IMG/VR virus record: IMGVR_UViG_3300027710_000024 | DNA: 64,000 nt | From: an uncultured virus (IMG/VR IMGVR_UViG_3300027710_000024) | Taxonomy: Duplodnaviria > Heunggongvirae > Uroviricota > Caudoviricetes | Reading direction: 5' to 3' (one strand) | Shown here: piece after piece, positions 56,541-64,000 of the stretch | Layout of the letters: the number at the start of each line of letters is the position of its first letter | How positions within the stretch are numbered: the stretch's first letter is position 1 | Notes under the pieces: model-generated | Database searches by the model: none | What the model saw: only the letters and a program-made list of their open reading frames with translations | Told to the model about the DNA's origin: nothing | Position numbers and translations under genes: made by a program

Positions 56541-56715
56541 TGAAAAAGATCTTCCTGATTGGGACGAAAGTTTCGCAAGAGAACTTAACCCGGAAGATGA
56601 TGTCGATTTTGCTTTAGAAATTGATGACGAGGATTTTGAAGACTGGGAAGATGACGATTTAGAGGAACTTCTCGAAGATGCTGAAGATATTGAATGGGAC
56701 GACGAGGAAAAATAA
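56533..56715 (+). CDS. Very acidic micro-protein
   Basis: About half of 60 residues are D/E. Confidence 0.6.
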   Translation: MSNEKDLPDWDESFARELNPEDDVDFALEIDDEDFEDWEDDDLEELLEDAEDIEWDDEEK

Positions 56716-56755
56716 GCCTAAGTCTGATTGGGCATACGTATCCGCCGCCGCCAAC

Positions 56756-56804
56756 ACAAACAATTCTTAACTTAAAACCCTAATTTAAGTTAAGAATTGT
56801 TTGT
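56756..56804. repeat. Perfect 21-bp inverted repeat at the strand-convergence point
   Basis: acaaacaattcttaacttaaa-N7-tttaagttaagaattgtttgt followed by Ts. Confidence 0.85.
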
Positions 56805-56816
56805 TTTTTTAAACCT

Positions 56817-56975
56817 TTAATCAAAGTAACCTTCCGCCCACAATCCCCCAAGAAACTCGTGAGTCTTACACAAGCTTCCGTGTAACCAAGGGTCATCTTT
56901 TTCGTTTGTTTTTTCTATGGCTGTAGTAACGCAAGCCATCATATTATCTAGATCTTCTTTAGTAAATCCTAGCAT
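56817..56975 (-). CDS. Small hypothetical protein (52 aa, not in ORF track)
   Basis: MLGFTKEDLDNMM...FLGGLWAEGYFD; AAGGTGG RBS. Confidence 0.55.
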   Translation of the reverse strand: MLGFTKEDLDNMMACVTTAIEKTNEKDDPWLHGSLCKTHEFLGGLWAEGYFD

Positions 56976-57265
56976 TGTTTTACCACCTTATTTGTAAACT
57001 CGTACTGTTCTTCTGAGCGAATGCATTCAAGGCATACAACTTCTTCATCTCCGTCTTCATCGGTGAATACAAAGAAAGCCTCATCTATAAAGCTACAGTG
57101 ATCACATATGTGGACTGTTGGATCCCTATCAAATATGTAGCAGGAGTGACATTGAACTGCGTCTATATATTCGTCTGGATATGCAAGCTGATTACCACAT
57201 ATGCAAAACCCCACATACCCTGCCGGCAATTCAATTAATGCTTCTTTAACTGTAGAGCTGCTCAT
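56969..57265 (-). CDS. Cys-rich zinc-finger protein
   Basis: CIC, CHSC, CDHC, CLEC. Confidence 0.55.
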   Translation of the reverse strand: MSSSTVKEALIELPAGYVGFCICGNQLAYPDEYIDAVQCHSCYIFDRDPTVHICDHCSFIDEAFFVFTDEDGDEEVVCLECIRSEEQYEFTNKVVKQC

Positions 57266-57479
57266 CTTCTTGTTCTCCGTTCTGGATAAGCTTCATAGGC
57301 TCACCCGTATCGTAGTTATCTACTGAATGTATCATTGTCCAGCCTTCGTTCTTTCTTAGATCGCCGTATTCCCCAGCGTCTATTCTGTCTTGTATCTCTT
57401 CTTGAAGCCCTATTGATGAAACATCTTCAAGCAACATTGAATAGAACTCAACTTTTTTTACGATAACTTCAACGTTCAT
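57246..57479 (-). CDS. Hypothetical protein
   Basis: AGGAG RBS before ATG 57479. Confidence 0.55.
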   Translation of the reverse strand: MNVEVIVKKVEFYSMLLEDVSSIGLQEEIQDRIDAGEYGDLRKNEGWTMIHSVDNYDTGEPMKLIQNGEQEDEQLYS

Positions 57480-57480
57480 A

Positions 57481-57936
57481 TTACTCTCCTTTCTTTTTAA
57501 TTGATGTAATAGATTTGCCATCTTCCCTAGGCCAGACATAAGGCAGGTCATCTGGACCAGGAAACTTGTAGTGGGTTATATCTTTTCTTTTTAGGTTAGA
57601 CCGGTGGCTTCGGTGAAGTGCTCGTTTACCTAACCACCAAGGTCGTTTGTATCTGTCTGCTGGTATTTCTTTGCACAACTCTTTTGCTTGTTGAAGGCAA
57701 GTATCTTTATAGCCTAATCTAATCCACCGTTCACAGATAGCTACTGTGTAGAGGAATAACTGTCCTTCGTATCCTCGCCACATTACTGCAGCTGGGTGGT
57801 TTCTCCAACCTTTAGTTTTACCTAGATTAGCCTTTAGAATTTGCAGGGCTTCTACCCGTTGTTTTCCAAGCCGTTTTACATCTAAAGCTTCAGCAGATTT
57901 ATTGTAATCTGGAAAGGGTAAGAATGTATTAACCAT
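57481..57936 (-). CDS. denV: Pyrimidine-dimer DNA glycosylase/endonuclease V-like protein
   Basis: TFLP..D...A..LD.KRLGKQRVE..QIL, W.NHPA..MW.G, H.SH.SNL..KD...Y. Confidence 0.8.
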   Translation of the reverse strand: MVNTFLPFPDYNKSAEALDVKRLGKQRVEALQILKANLGKTKGWRNHPAAVMWRGYEGQLFLYTVAICERWIRLGYKDTCLQQAKELCKEIPADRYKRPWWLGKRALHRSHRSNLKRKDITHYKFPGPDDLPYVWPREDGKSITSIKKKGE

Positions 57937-58045
57937 TTGGATCCCAACAATCTGGGCAAGAAGTAACCATACGAACTTGCTCCGTATCGTGAGGCTCTTC
58001 GTATGAATCGCCCGCACACTTTAAACATATAAACAATATGCTCAT
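57929..58045 (-). CDS. Zinc-ribbon micro-protein (38 aa, not in ORF track)
   Basis: CLKC...CPDC; AGGA RBS. Confidence 0.45.
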   Translation of the reverse strand: MSILFICLKCAGDSYEEPHDTEQVRMVTSCPDCWDPNG

Positions 58046-58049
58046 ATTT

Positions 58050-58301
58050 TTATCCTATACTGACGCCCTCTTTTTTAGCGTCATAGCCGATGTCTTTTAG
58101 GTTTTTTCTTATCTCTAATATAGTCCGCCTATCTTTAGTTCTACCTGAAGATAAGATTACTTGTTGCTTTGTTTCATTATTAAAGACGCGTACGTGACCG
58201 CGTGTAGTTACAGTTACCGAAAGGCCCGATTTTTGTAGGGCTCTCACTAACTTTTTCATGTTTTTATCTTTAAGTGCAAGTGCTGCAAAGTAAAGTTGCA
58301 T
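58050..58301 (-). CDS. HicA-like (dsRBD-fold) protein
   Basis: KKLVRALQKSG..V..T.RGHVRV; AGGAGG RBS. Confidence 0.5.
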   Translation of the reverse strand: MQLYFAALALKDKNMKKLVRALQKSGLSVTVTTRGHVRVFNNETKQQVILSSGRTKDRRTILEIRKNLKDIGYDAKKEGVSIG

Positions 58302-58370
58302 GGGTGGTTTCCTCCTTTCTTTTCCTGTGATATAGTTATGACACTCTGAAGAGAGTATCTCTGTCGAGAG

Positions 58371-58419
58371 AAAAAACAGCCCCGCAAGGTATTTTTCTGG
58401 ATACCTTGCGGGGTTGTTT
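58371..58419 (-). terminator. Intrinsic terminator (minus strand)
   Basis: Long stem aaacagccccgcaaggtat/ataccttgcggggttgttt; T-run on the minus strand. Confidence 0.8.
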
Positions 58420-58430
58420 GTGTTGGTGTG

Positions 58431-58622
58431 TTACTCGGGGACTTCTTCGCATTCGAGTACTTTTATGTACTCACCCGGGCGAAGATACTCATCATTAAGC
58501 GCGGTACGTATGAATTGGTCATAGAACCATAAGTCCCAGTTATGCTCTGCAGCATAGGGTGGTTCTATCCGTCCTTCGTATACGCATACTTCAAACGTTA
58601 GTTGAAGTTTTACCATTGCCAT
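58431..58622 (-). CDS. Hypothetical protein
   Basis: GGGAG RBS. Confidence 0.5.
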   Translation of the reverse strand: MAMVKLQLTFEVCVYEGRIEPPYAAEHNWDLWFYDQFIRTALNDEYLRPGEYIKVLECEEVPE

Positions 58623-58625
58623 AGA

Positions 58626-59306
58626 TTACTCCCTTTCGTTAGCATCACCCCCATCTGACAAACCCAACCATAGATCTTGGAATTTGCCGAGATGAAGACT
58701 AATTTCTCTGAAGCTACTGTCGTACTGGCCACGATTTTTAATCTCGCCCGCCATCCCAATAGCCCAGCCGCATGTGTTTTCTGAAGGAGCTTCAATGTCG
58801 AAGCTGTAATGAAACATGATCTTTGGAAAGTCAATGCTCATTTTGTGATAGATTCCGCTTGGTGGTTTGATGCAGGTATCAAATTCAAATACCGCTATCT
58901 TTTCAGGTTTGAGGTCTTTTCTAATTTTCATAGGAAGACCGGTTAGTACACCTTCGGTAAGCATATGAGTTGCTACTTGAATATTAACTGGTTCTTTGGG
59001 GGTAGTCCAGTGTTCTTCTTTGAAGGTATACGAATCTAAAGCCTTGTATTTTTCTAGAACACTTGGCTTTATGTTTAGTGGGTTGAACGTCTTTAGCTCA
59101 TCAGGCACGGGCTTAACTTTGTTAAAGCTTATGGCTTTTGAACCATCAGATAGGTATTGTATTACTAAGTCAACGTCGGCAGCTGAGCCGATCATAACTA
59201 ACTGATTCTTACAGTCATAATCAGAATGCCTATCAATAACCATCTGATTGTGACGTCGTTGTTCTTCTCTTTCTTTTTCGTCGTCAAAGTTGACGTTGCT
59301 ACTCAT
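58626..59306 (-). CDS. YubB/DUF1281-like ferredoxin-fold protein
   Basis: C.N.L.M.G, SFNKV.PVP.EL, EHWTT.K, FDT..KPP...Y.KMS..FP. Confidence 0.55.
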   Translation of the reverse strand: MSSNVNFDDEKEREEQRRHNQMVIDRHSDYDCKNQLVMIGSAADVDLVIQYLSDGSKAISFNKVKPVPDELKTFNPLNIKPSVLEKYKALDSYTFKEEHWTTPKEPVNIQVATHMLTEGVLTGLPMKIRKDLKPEKIAVFEFDTCIKPPSGIYHKMSIDFPKIMFHYSFDIEAPSENTCGWAIGMAGEIKNRGQYDSSFREISLHLGKFQDLWLGLSDGGDANERE

Positions 59307-59571
59307 CGTCTATGCCCCTCTCGGCTTTGTGTTTTTGGATAATTGCGGTCTCGTAAGATTTAATCCTCTCGCTTGACCACGTCAGCATTTCCATTAACTT
59401 ACCCTCTTCTTCGAGGGAGTTAACCAGGAAATTATTCATTGCGCAAATCTGCTCTAGTGCAAGAGATTTGAACGGTCCAGGTACTTTTGAGATATCATAA
59501 TCTAGGTTTAGATCAGTTAAGCTGGATAATGAGAAGCCATCCTCATCATCTTCATCATCGTGATTGTGCAT
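59299..59571 (-). CDS. Hypothetical protein
   Basis: ORF in a tightly packed minus-strand run. Confidence 0.5.
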   Translation of the reverse strand: MHNHDDEDDEDGFSLSSLTDLNLDYDISKVPGPFKSLALEQICAMNNFLVNSLEEEGKLMEMLTWSSERIKSYETAIIQKHKAERGIDDE

Positions 59572-59579
59572 TTTTCCCC

Positions 59580-60146
59580 CTAATCGATTTGTTGTACGGT
59601 ATTGAATTGATCTTTAAAACTAGAGATTAAGTAGGGCAAGTCCCCGTAGAACTTAGCATCTATAAACTCTTCGCTTGATTGATCAAACAACGATATATAT
59701 TGACATATTTTCTGGTAACGACTTGGAGTAATGCTACCTTTATTGTCAGTATGCGACAAAAAAGCTTGCTTTACCGCTACGTTAAGTTTGAGGATGTTTG
59801 TGTTGGCTTCTGACCTTTTGTACGGATAACCTTCAATTTGATTTAACATAATCCGTACATCTATAGATGCATCAGGTGTGGAGTAATCATAGTGATAATG
59901 CCAGTCAAACTTTAAAGTGTTATCGCTATGAGCTTCAGCTAACTGCTTGAGCACAGCACCCCAGTTTTCTTGCATCCAGGCTACCACAGTCTTACCAGAA
60001 ACGGTTTCCTCGCCATCAACCTCAAGATGTTTTACTTGGTTGTATGCATCTTCTAGCCATTCTTTGTTTGCCTTTAGCTTTTCTAGTACGCTAACTCGAC
60101 GGACTAAGAACGGCGTTGCTTCTATCTTCTTCGACGCTGTTGCCAT
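59580..60146 (-). CDS. Hypothetical protein
   Basis: AGGAGG RBS. Confidence 0.55.
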   Translation of the reverse strand: MATASKKIEATPFLVRRVSVLEKLKANKEWLEDAYNQVKHLEVDGEETVSGKTVVAWMQENWGAVLKQLAEAHSDNTLKFDWHYHYDYSTPDASIDVRIMLNQIEGYPYKRSEANTNILKLNVAVKQAFLSHTDNKGSITPSRYQKICQYISLFDQSSEEFIDAKFYGDLPYLISSFKDQFNTVQQID

Positions 60147-60342
60147 CGTCTGCCTCCTCTACTAGTTTTGATGTATTGTTGAGGAACCACTCTGTTGGGC
60201 TACACGCTTGGTGTATATCAAAGACTAGTCCTCTTTCATTAAGCCAATCGCTTGCCTCCATAGAGAAGGCAAGCGCTTGGTCTTCAGTATCGAATGGTCC
60301 AACGCATTCTTGCGTTAGAAGATCAAGAGCTATGTAACTCAT
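60091..60342 (-). CDS. Hypothetical protein
   Basis: VGPFDTEDQA motif. Confidence 0.5.
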   Translation of the reverse strand: MSYIALDLLTQECVGPFDTEDQALAFSMEASDWLNERGLVFDIHQACSPTEWFLNNTSKLVEEADDGNSVEEDRSNAVLSPSS

Positions 60343-60344
60343 GA

Positions 60345-60803
60345 TTAATCTTTGTCCTGTGATACCAGCTGCTCGAACATCTCGAGATTCTGTATGGCAG
60401 AAGCCAGACCACCTGCAGCTACTTCCTTGCGGGTAGGCATTTCAGCCTCACCGTCAGACATTTCGCTTAGCATTGTGGCTTTGCCAATTGTGATAAGAAC
60501 TGGGTGTTCTTTTCGTAGTGACATGCCACGCATCAACGCTTCCTTACAGCGACTACTACTGCGGTATTCGCCATCAAAGAAGTATTGAGAAGCTGCGATA
60601 GCATATAGACCCAAGGCTAAGTCTGGGTTAGAGGAGTTATTAACTACATCGTCCGCTAACTCAAGCCACCAATCAGGATCATACTTTGTAAAGTTGGCAT
60701 AGTCACAGAAGACTGGCTTGTAATCAATCAATACAATCATCTGCGCTATGTCTGCTTTTGCAGCGTCTTTTCCTAACGCCTTGTCTAGAATTTCTCTAAA
60801 CAT
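60345..60803 (-). CDS. Hypothetical protein
   Basis: GGAGGT RBS. Confidence 0.55.
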   Translation of the reverse strand: MFREILDKALGKDAAKADIAQMIVLIDYKPVFCDYANFTKYDPDWWLELADDVVNNSSNPDLALGLYAIAASQYFFDGEYRSSSRCKEALMRGMSLRKEHPVLITIGKATMLSEMSDGEAEMPTRKEVAAGGLASAIQNLEMFEQLVSQDKD

Positions 60804-60817
60804 TGCTTTACCTCCCT

Positions 60818-62797
60818 TTAGTTATTTAGTCTGCGCTTTTTAATTGCGCCTACAACTACCGACTTGGCAAGTTGTAGTAGATCTTTGCCACCGTTTACTC
60901 GCGCAAACAGTTCGGCCCCATGGCTGAAGTCAGTCTTGTCTCTAAGACTTTGAGCCATATTGTTTCTAGTAACGGCGTCATTGTATGAACCTTCGTCCAT
61001 AATCAACACCATGACTGTTAGCACACCACGTTTAGCTAGTCGCTCAATAACTGGGTTGTTCTGCTTACTGTCAAACTGACCGTCAGTAATTAAGAACAAC
61101 ATTTTATTTGGGCGAGTAGACATCATAAAAGTCTTCTCGGATAGGAGCAAAGACTCGTATGGGTCTGTGCCGCCTTGGCCGTGGATGAACTTGTATGTGG
61201 TGCGTCCTGCTTTATCTTGCTTTCTGTAGGCTATCTCGTTCTTATCATCAAAGGCATAGACCGTTACAGAACAGTCAATGCTTTCCAAGGCACGCTTAAC
61301 AGTCCAGCATGCTACTGATGCTTTTTTGTCATTAGCGCCTGAGCTCATTGAAGATGACCGGTCGATTAAGATGACGGCTTCAATATTAGTTGAGTCGTCT
61401 CCTGTAGACCATGAGTCGAATGACTTGTCAATATCACACCCGCGCATAACGCGAGGCATATTGAGTTTGCCAGCAACTGTCTCTCTTTCCCAGGCCGGCT
61501 CAGAGTCATCCTTTAACTTACGTAGTTCATTTGCAAACCTACGATAGTCAAGTAATGCTTTGGCAGGAACTGGTGCATCAGAGAACTTACCAAGAGCAGA
61601 GTTATCATCCCAGTTTTCATCACCGTGAACGATAATATTCTGCTTGCGCTTGACATCTTTGATAACGTCTTTGCGATCGTATATCGTTTGGATATCATTT
61701 TCCAAAAGGTCGTTGAGATCTTTAGGCAATCCGCCCTCGCTCTTAACGTGAGAGTTACCCCAGGTATTGAGTTGAGTTGGCTTATCTAGTTTCTCTTCGC
61801 GCTTTTGTAGCATCTCTTCTTGAGTCATAGATACTTCAGTGTGTGTTTGTGTTGGCGGGGTAGAACCATTGCTGGTTCCTTCACCTTCTACAGACTCACC
61901 TTTTTGCGGACCACTGTTGTGCGGTTCGCCAGGGAAACAACCTTGTTCGTTTGGTTGAGATCCCTGTTGCGATTGTTCTAACGGCTCCTTAGGTATGTAG
62001 AATGACTCAGGCTTACCCATCGTAGAAGCAACTCGTGCGTCACGTTCTTGGGCTTTACCTGGTTCAGGTCTACCTTTTTTGATTGGCGAACGAGCATCAC
62101 AGCTGCCAAGACCACATTGAGGTGGTATATCCATCTGTGAGATAATCAATTCGTGGAACTCTTTGATTAGTTTTTCTGCTCGTTTGTAGTCCCTAGGGAA
62201 TGCTAAGCACCGATACTCATTTGTGATTCGTTGAATATCGGGGATTAGTTCAGGCTTGTAGAACAAGTCCCGAAATGCTTCGCGTATTTTTACGTTGATA
62301 TGCCTACGACCAGCGATAAGAGGGTAGTTAGTGAACGCAGCTTCAGGGGTGGTCTGCAGCCAGATTAAGGCAGCAGATTGAAGATACGGACTAACACTGG
62401 GATATCTAGCACAGAGTAAAGACTCGATGCGTTGATCTTCCAGGATGTTAAAAGATGTATAGTAACCTTGCTCTATTACATACTTTAACAGCGTAGTTCC
62501 TTCGCGGGGCGTGTAGAAATGATGAGCCAGCTCGTGGTAGTTTAGACCAGAAACTTTAGTCAACATCTCAAGAGATATCTCGCCGATGTGCTTTTGATTG
62601 ATGTAGATATTCTCACCATCAGACCAGGTTACTGCTGGGCCATCCTCTACAACATGGACGTTGATTGGATCACCTGTCAGAATTCGGTCAGCACCTTCGT
62701 ATACTCGAGACAATGCAGACAACTGTAAAGCTCTCATCTGCATTGCCTCTTCGCGAGCAGCACCGTTTTTTGATATTGTAGTATCTTGATACGGCAT
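60818..62797 (-). CDS. vWA-domain protein with N-terminal zincin-like motif (CobT-like)
   Basis: HELAH and NILEDQRIE; MIDAS DRSSSM, GGT, ITDG. Confidence 0.85.
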   Translation of the reverse strand: MPYQDTTISKNGAAREEAMQMRALQLSALSRVYEGADRILTGDPINVHVVEDGPAVTWSDGENIYINQKHIGEISLEMLTKVSGLNYHELAHHFYTPREGTTLLKYVIEQGYYTSFNILEDQRIESLLCARYPSVSPYLQSAALIWLQTTPEAAFTNYPLIAGRRHINVKIREAFRDLFYKPELIPDIQRITNEYRCLAFPRDYKRAEKLIKEFHELIISQMDIPPQCGLGSCDARSPIKKGRPEPGKAQERDARVASTMGKPESFYIPKEPLEQSQQGSQPNEQGCFPGEPHNSGPQKGESVEGEGTSNGSTPPTQTHTEVSMTQEEMLQKREEKLDKPTQLNTWGNSHVKSEGGLPKDLNDLLENDIQTIYDRKDVIKDVKRKQNIIVHGDENWDDNSALGKFSDAPVPAKALLDYRRFANELRKLKDDSEPAWERETVAGKLNMPRVMRGCDIDKSFDSWSTGDDSTNIEAVILIDRSSSMSSGANDKKASVACWTVKRALESIDCSVTVYAFDDKNEIAYRKQDKAGRTTYKFIHGQGGTDPYESLLLSEKTFMMSTRPNKMLFLITDGQFDSKQNNPVIERLAKRGVLTVMVLIMDEGSYNDAVTRNNMAQSLRDKTDFSHGAELFARVNGGKDLLQLAKSVVVGAIKKRRLNN

Positions 62798-62811
62798 GTC
62801 TTTTACCTATT

Positions 62812-63999
62812 CTAGTTCGTGTTCTTTGATTGCAGCCAAGCATCAACTTCTTCGCTGATACTCTCTACACCGTCTGTTGATTCACTTGGAGTAACTTCAT
62901 TTAACTTGAAGTCTTCCTTGATGTTGAAATCATGAGTCATAAGAACTAGTGCAACCTTCTCTTGCTCTTCCTTATCGAAGTGTGCAACGAAGTTAGCAAT
63001 AGCAAACTCATAATTAAACGGAATGATTTGCTCTAGCTCCATCAACATATTAGTTGAGATAGGAGTTTCGAACTCACCTTTAGCTGCTTCTGTACGTAAC
63101 TGCTTAGCAATTACAAGAAGTGCCTTTGACTTGATTAGCTGTGCTTCTACATCGTCGTCATAATCCCAAGGGATTTGAACGCTAAAGCGGTTACGCATCG
63201 CAAAGTTGAGAGGCGTAGTACCGACATACTCAGGATTCATGGTGGCAAAGATAGTCAAGTCTGGGTGAGCTTGAATAGTCTCGCCGTGATGATCCAATAG
63301 AATCAAGCAACGTCGTCCGTCAAGGAGTGAATAGAGAATTGTGTAGATTTTTGGTGAGATGAAGTTCAACTCATCGAGAATAAGAACACCACCATTACGA
63401 ACTACGTCAGTAATTGGGCCGTCAATCCACTCGAAGCCACCGCTACCATCCGGTACATATTTACCGATTAGTTGGCTTGGCTCGAGAGCGGCATTGCCGG
63501 ACACAGCTGCAAGACGCAGTCTATTTTTAGCAGCCCACGCAACAATAGATGTTGTCTTACCAGGACCGGTAGGGCCGTAGATAAGAACTTCTCGCTTTGA
63601 GGCTCGTGCATAATCGAATACGTCAAAGTCAAGAACATTACCCGTTAGTTTGCGGTTAACATAGTTGTTTGCGTATTCAATTGGGGGAATACTTGCCAGG
63701 GCGATCTTGAGCTTGCCAGATGAATTAACCATCTCTTCACTCAAGTCTTCCTCGACAGCAGGCGCTGCCTCGGATGTTTGTGTTGGCTGTGTAATGAATG
63801 GCGTCTCGATAGAAGAACCATCTCTTTGGCGTCGTAAATCAGTGACATAGTCTTCCAATGTCGGATCACATACTGCAACTCTATCAATAAGAGTATTGAT
63901 TCGTTGTTGCACTGAACCGAACTCTTCATCCTTTGGTGCCTTGTCATAAGCAGCCATTGCCTTGGTAGACAATACTGGAGACCAACCGTTTTCACGGAT
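62812..63999 (-). CDS. MoxR/CobS-like AAA+ ATPase (probably 5' truncated)
   Basis: GPTGPGKT, WIDGPI, LDELN, ATMNPEYVG, NRF; frame open to the window end. Confidence 0.9.
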   Translation of the reverse strand: MRENGWSPVLSTKAMAAYDKAPKDEEFGSVQQRINTLIDRVAVCDPTLEDYVTDLRRQRDGSSIETPFITQPTQTSEAAPAVEEDLSEEMVNSSGKLKIALASIPPIEYANNYVNRKLTGNVLDFDVFDYARASKREVLIYGPTGPGKTTSIVAWAAKNRLRLAAVSGNAALEPSQLIGKYVPDGSGGFEWIDGPITDVVRNGGVLILDELNFISPKIYTILYSLLDGRRCLILLDHHGETIQAHPDLTIFATMNPEYVGTTPLNFAMRNRFSVQIPWDYDDDVEAQLIKSKALLVIAKQLRTEAAKGEFETPISTNMLMELEQIIPFNYEFAIANFVAHFDKEEQEKVALVLMTHDFNIKEDFKLNEVTPSESTDGVESISEEVDAWLQSKNTN

Positions 64000-64000
64000 A

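Larger units (their letters stand above)
1..64000. other. Segment of a contractile-tailed phage genome, probable actinobacterial host
   Basis: Sheath, tube, baseplate and TMP genes, phage replication module, endolysin, three WhiB genes, no bacterial housekeeping operons. Confidence 0.95.

Noticed and set aside
1..64000. tRNA genes, integrase, reverse transcriptase/DGR, alternative genetic code
   Set aside because: None recognised by eye; genes read intact in the standard code and intergenic gaps are short. A tRNAscan/Infernal run would be needed to exclude RNA genes formally

Overview
The whole window is a densely coding segment of a tailed dsDNA phage with a contractile tail (myovirus). The host is probably an Actinobacterium, inferred from three WhiB genes and leaderless TANNNT-N6-ATG genes; the AT-rich composition is compatible with freshwater lineages. 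Layout: 1-3.9 kb fibre/adhesin genes plus a GT2-TPR glycosyltransferase; 3.9-21.9 kb neck, sheath, tube, chaperone, tape measure and baseplate; 22-39 kb replication/recombination (HTH initiator, DnaC-like loader, DnaB, primase, dNMP kinase, SNF2, SSB, PolA, RecA, Cas4-like, RuvC, WhiBs); 39-41 kb SpoVS and a metallophosphoesterase; 41-45 kb a minus-strand envelope operon ending in a CHAP endolysin; 45-51.5 kb holin-like genes and basic orphans; 51.6-56.7 kb a nucleotidyltransferase/HAD-like/TIM-barrel trio and class II RNR; 56.8-64 kb minus-strand genes (DenV-like, HicA-like, vWA, MoxR). I saw no capsid, portal, terminase, integrase, tRNA or CRISPR array. Best leads: the NTase-HAD-TGT-like trio, a pseudoknot that could hide the polA RBS, two apparent +1 frameshifts (tail chaperone and a hidden third whiB), an ATA-initiated surface-protein operon, and origin-like repeats in the initiator gene. 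All calls come from reading motifs by eye; no searches were run.
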